Below are positions 35,725 through 37,028 of a stretch of 37,028 nucleotides of DNA, in pieces; positions within the stretch are counted from its first letter, which is position 1; each line of letters starts with the position of its first letter. Source of the stretch: Promethearchaeota archaeon (GTDB taxonomy: Archaea; Asgardarchaeota; Lokiarchaeia; Sigyniarchaeales; SOKP01); NCBI GenBank assembly GCA_048941265.1, contig JBHLNT010000026.1, positions 1 through 37,028 of the forward strand, read 5' to 3'. The notes beneath the pieces are model-generated. The model was not told where the DNA came from and ran no database searches. It saw nothing but the letters and a program-made list of their open reading frames with translations. The position numbers and the translations under genes were made by a program.

Positions 35725-36062
35725 TGTAAACTCATCTTATTTATTTTTAGTATTTTTGGTATTCTTGATTTTTTTGATTTTTTAAAATATAATTTAATAT
35801 ATTGGACTTGTTTTTGAATTAAATGTTGATTAATTTGTTTATTATCATCAACTTATATATAAAACTTTTGAAAAAACCAACAAGATACCATGAGTTTTGA
35901 GTTTTGTATAAAATTATAAAAAATCTCTGAACAATTACCATTGTCGATCATTTGATCAAAATTCTGCCAAAATTCAACTAATATCAGATTATTATCTAAT
36001 TCTCTATAACTAAACCTTAAAAAAATTAGAATTTGAAACTGAAAAAAATTACGGTTCTTTTC

Positions 36063-36108
36063 AAAAAAATTTAAAAAAATTTAAAAAAAGAAAGAAAGAA
36101 AAATAAAT
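36063..36108 (-). terminator. Repeated oligo-T tracts downstream of tfb (putative terminator)
   Basis: AAAAAAATTT tandem units and GAAA repeats on the + strand give several T6-7 tracts on the - strand just after the tfb stop. Confidence 0.45.
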
Positions 36109-36121
36109 CCTAATGACTTAC

Positions 36122-37003
36122 CTAAAAATTAAAACTAATGCCGTTCAATAACTCCTTATACCGCGAGCGTAGGGTCACTTCCGTGACATTAATAACCCGA
36201 CTGATCTCCTTTTGACTAATTTTCCTGTTTTTGAGCTTGGCAACTAAATAAATTGCCCCAGCGCACAATCCCTTCGGATCCTTCCCGCAAATTGACGATT
36301 TGCCTATAAATTTCTTCATTATCTTTATCGTCTCTTTCTCTACTTCTATCCCTAAATCTAAATCAGCACAATACCTCGGAATTAAGGAAACCGGATCAAT
36401 ATGAGGCGATTTTAAATTCAACTCCCTTACCAAAATTTTATAGCATTTCTTTACAATGTTTTGATTAATTGAGGCCTCATCTAATATCTCCTGCAGCGTT
36501 ATCGGAACCTTCTCCTCCTTACATACAAAATACGCACACGCCGCAACCATGCCATTTATCGATCTGCCTCTCAATAACTTTCTCTTAAAAACCTCCTTGT
36601 AAAGCCGAACTGCTGACTTCTTCACGCGCTCTGGGAAATTTAAGTTGCTGCCAATCCTCTTTAACTCCGTAATCGCAATTAGCATGTTCCTCTTTTCCCA
36701 TGTCATATGTGTATTCCACTTTGCCGCCCTGCGTAAGTCTGGATTTTTTATCTTAGTTCGATCGATTACCGTACTCAATCCAATGTCAGGCATCAAAATC
36801 GAAATAGGACAACCCGTTCTTTCCTTCTTATCTTTTTCCTGCTTAGTGTATGCCCTTATCCCACTATGAGATAAATCAAGCCCGCGCTCATCTACAATCA
36901 AACCACAAGCCTTGCATACAGTCTCCCCTCTTTCATAAAAAACTTGAGTCAAACCCCCACATTCTGGACAAAAATTCGATACTGTATCGTATTCTACTAC
37001 CAT
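36122..37003 (-). CDS. tfb: Transcription initiation factor IIB (TFB)
   Basis: Zn ribbon CPECG...CKACG and two cyclin repeats (RGRSINGMVAAC; GKDPKGLCAGAIY...VTEVTLRSRYKEL). Confidence 0.95.
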   Translation of the reverse strand: MVVEYDTVSNFCPECGGLTQVFYERGETVCKACGLIVDERGLDLSHSGIRAYTKQEKDKKERTGCPISILMPDIGLSTVIDRTKIKNPDLRRAAKWNTHMTWEKRNMLIAITELKRIGSNLNFPERVKKSAVRLYKEVFKRKLLRGRSINGMVAACAYFVCKEEKVPITLQEILDEASINQNIVKKCYKILVRELNLKSPHIDPVSLIPRYCADLDLGIEVEKETIKIMKKFIGKSSICGKDPKGLCAGAIYLVAKLKNRKISQKEISRVINVTEVTLRSRYKELLNGISFNF

Positions 37004-37028
37004 GCCTAAAACCCCTATTATTAGATTA

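Noticed and set aside
902-36869. Numerous short antisense or alternative-frame ORFs in the track (e.g. 902-1156, 5292-5729, 18366-18671, 27379-27777, 31341-31847, 36645-36869)
   Set aside because: They lie within well-supported genes on the other strand or frame and show no motifs. They are shadow ORFs.

Overview
AT-rich archaeal chromosomal segment, most consistent with an Asgard archaeon of the Lokiarchaeia type. This assignment is inferred from Elf1, SmAP3-type Lsm, TFB plus a TFB-like paralogue, GatDE, Nop5/fibrillarin, archaeal MAT, AN1-fused membrane proteins and frequent TTG/GTG starts. The right two-thirds is mostly recognisable housekeeping and metabolism: hypB, mat, rnhB, flpA, uxuA/uxuB inserted between nop5 and flpA, pyrD/pyrK, a macro domain protein, an NPD-family oxidoreductase, a thiolase, elp3, gatE/gatD, rpl2, a GPH-type MFS transporter and tfb. 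The standout is a tightly packed 8-gene + strand operon (672-9604) between elf1 and an Lsm gene. It encodes winged-helix/coiled-coil proteins, a duplicated Zn-ribbon + PC4-like nucleic-acid-binding protein, an intact AAA+ ATPase, a short hingeless SMC-like protein whose ABC-ATPase motifs all look degenerate (its N-terminus was missed by the ORF track), and a tandem winged-helix KITE-like (Nse1/ScpB-type) protein. I propose this as a candidate undescribed SMC-derived DNA/chromosome-handling system. Other items of note are a candidate structured ncRNA (about 12042-12170), an AN1-fused Derlin-like rhomboid pseudoprotease next to an AN1-fused M50 protease, a LITAF-like protein and an extended Elf1. 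No rRNA, tRNA, CRISPR array or transposase was seen. All family calls come from reading motifs by eye, not from database searches.
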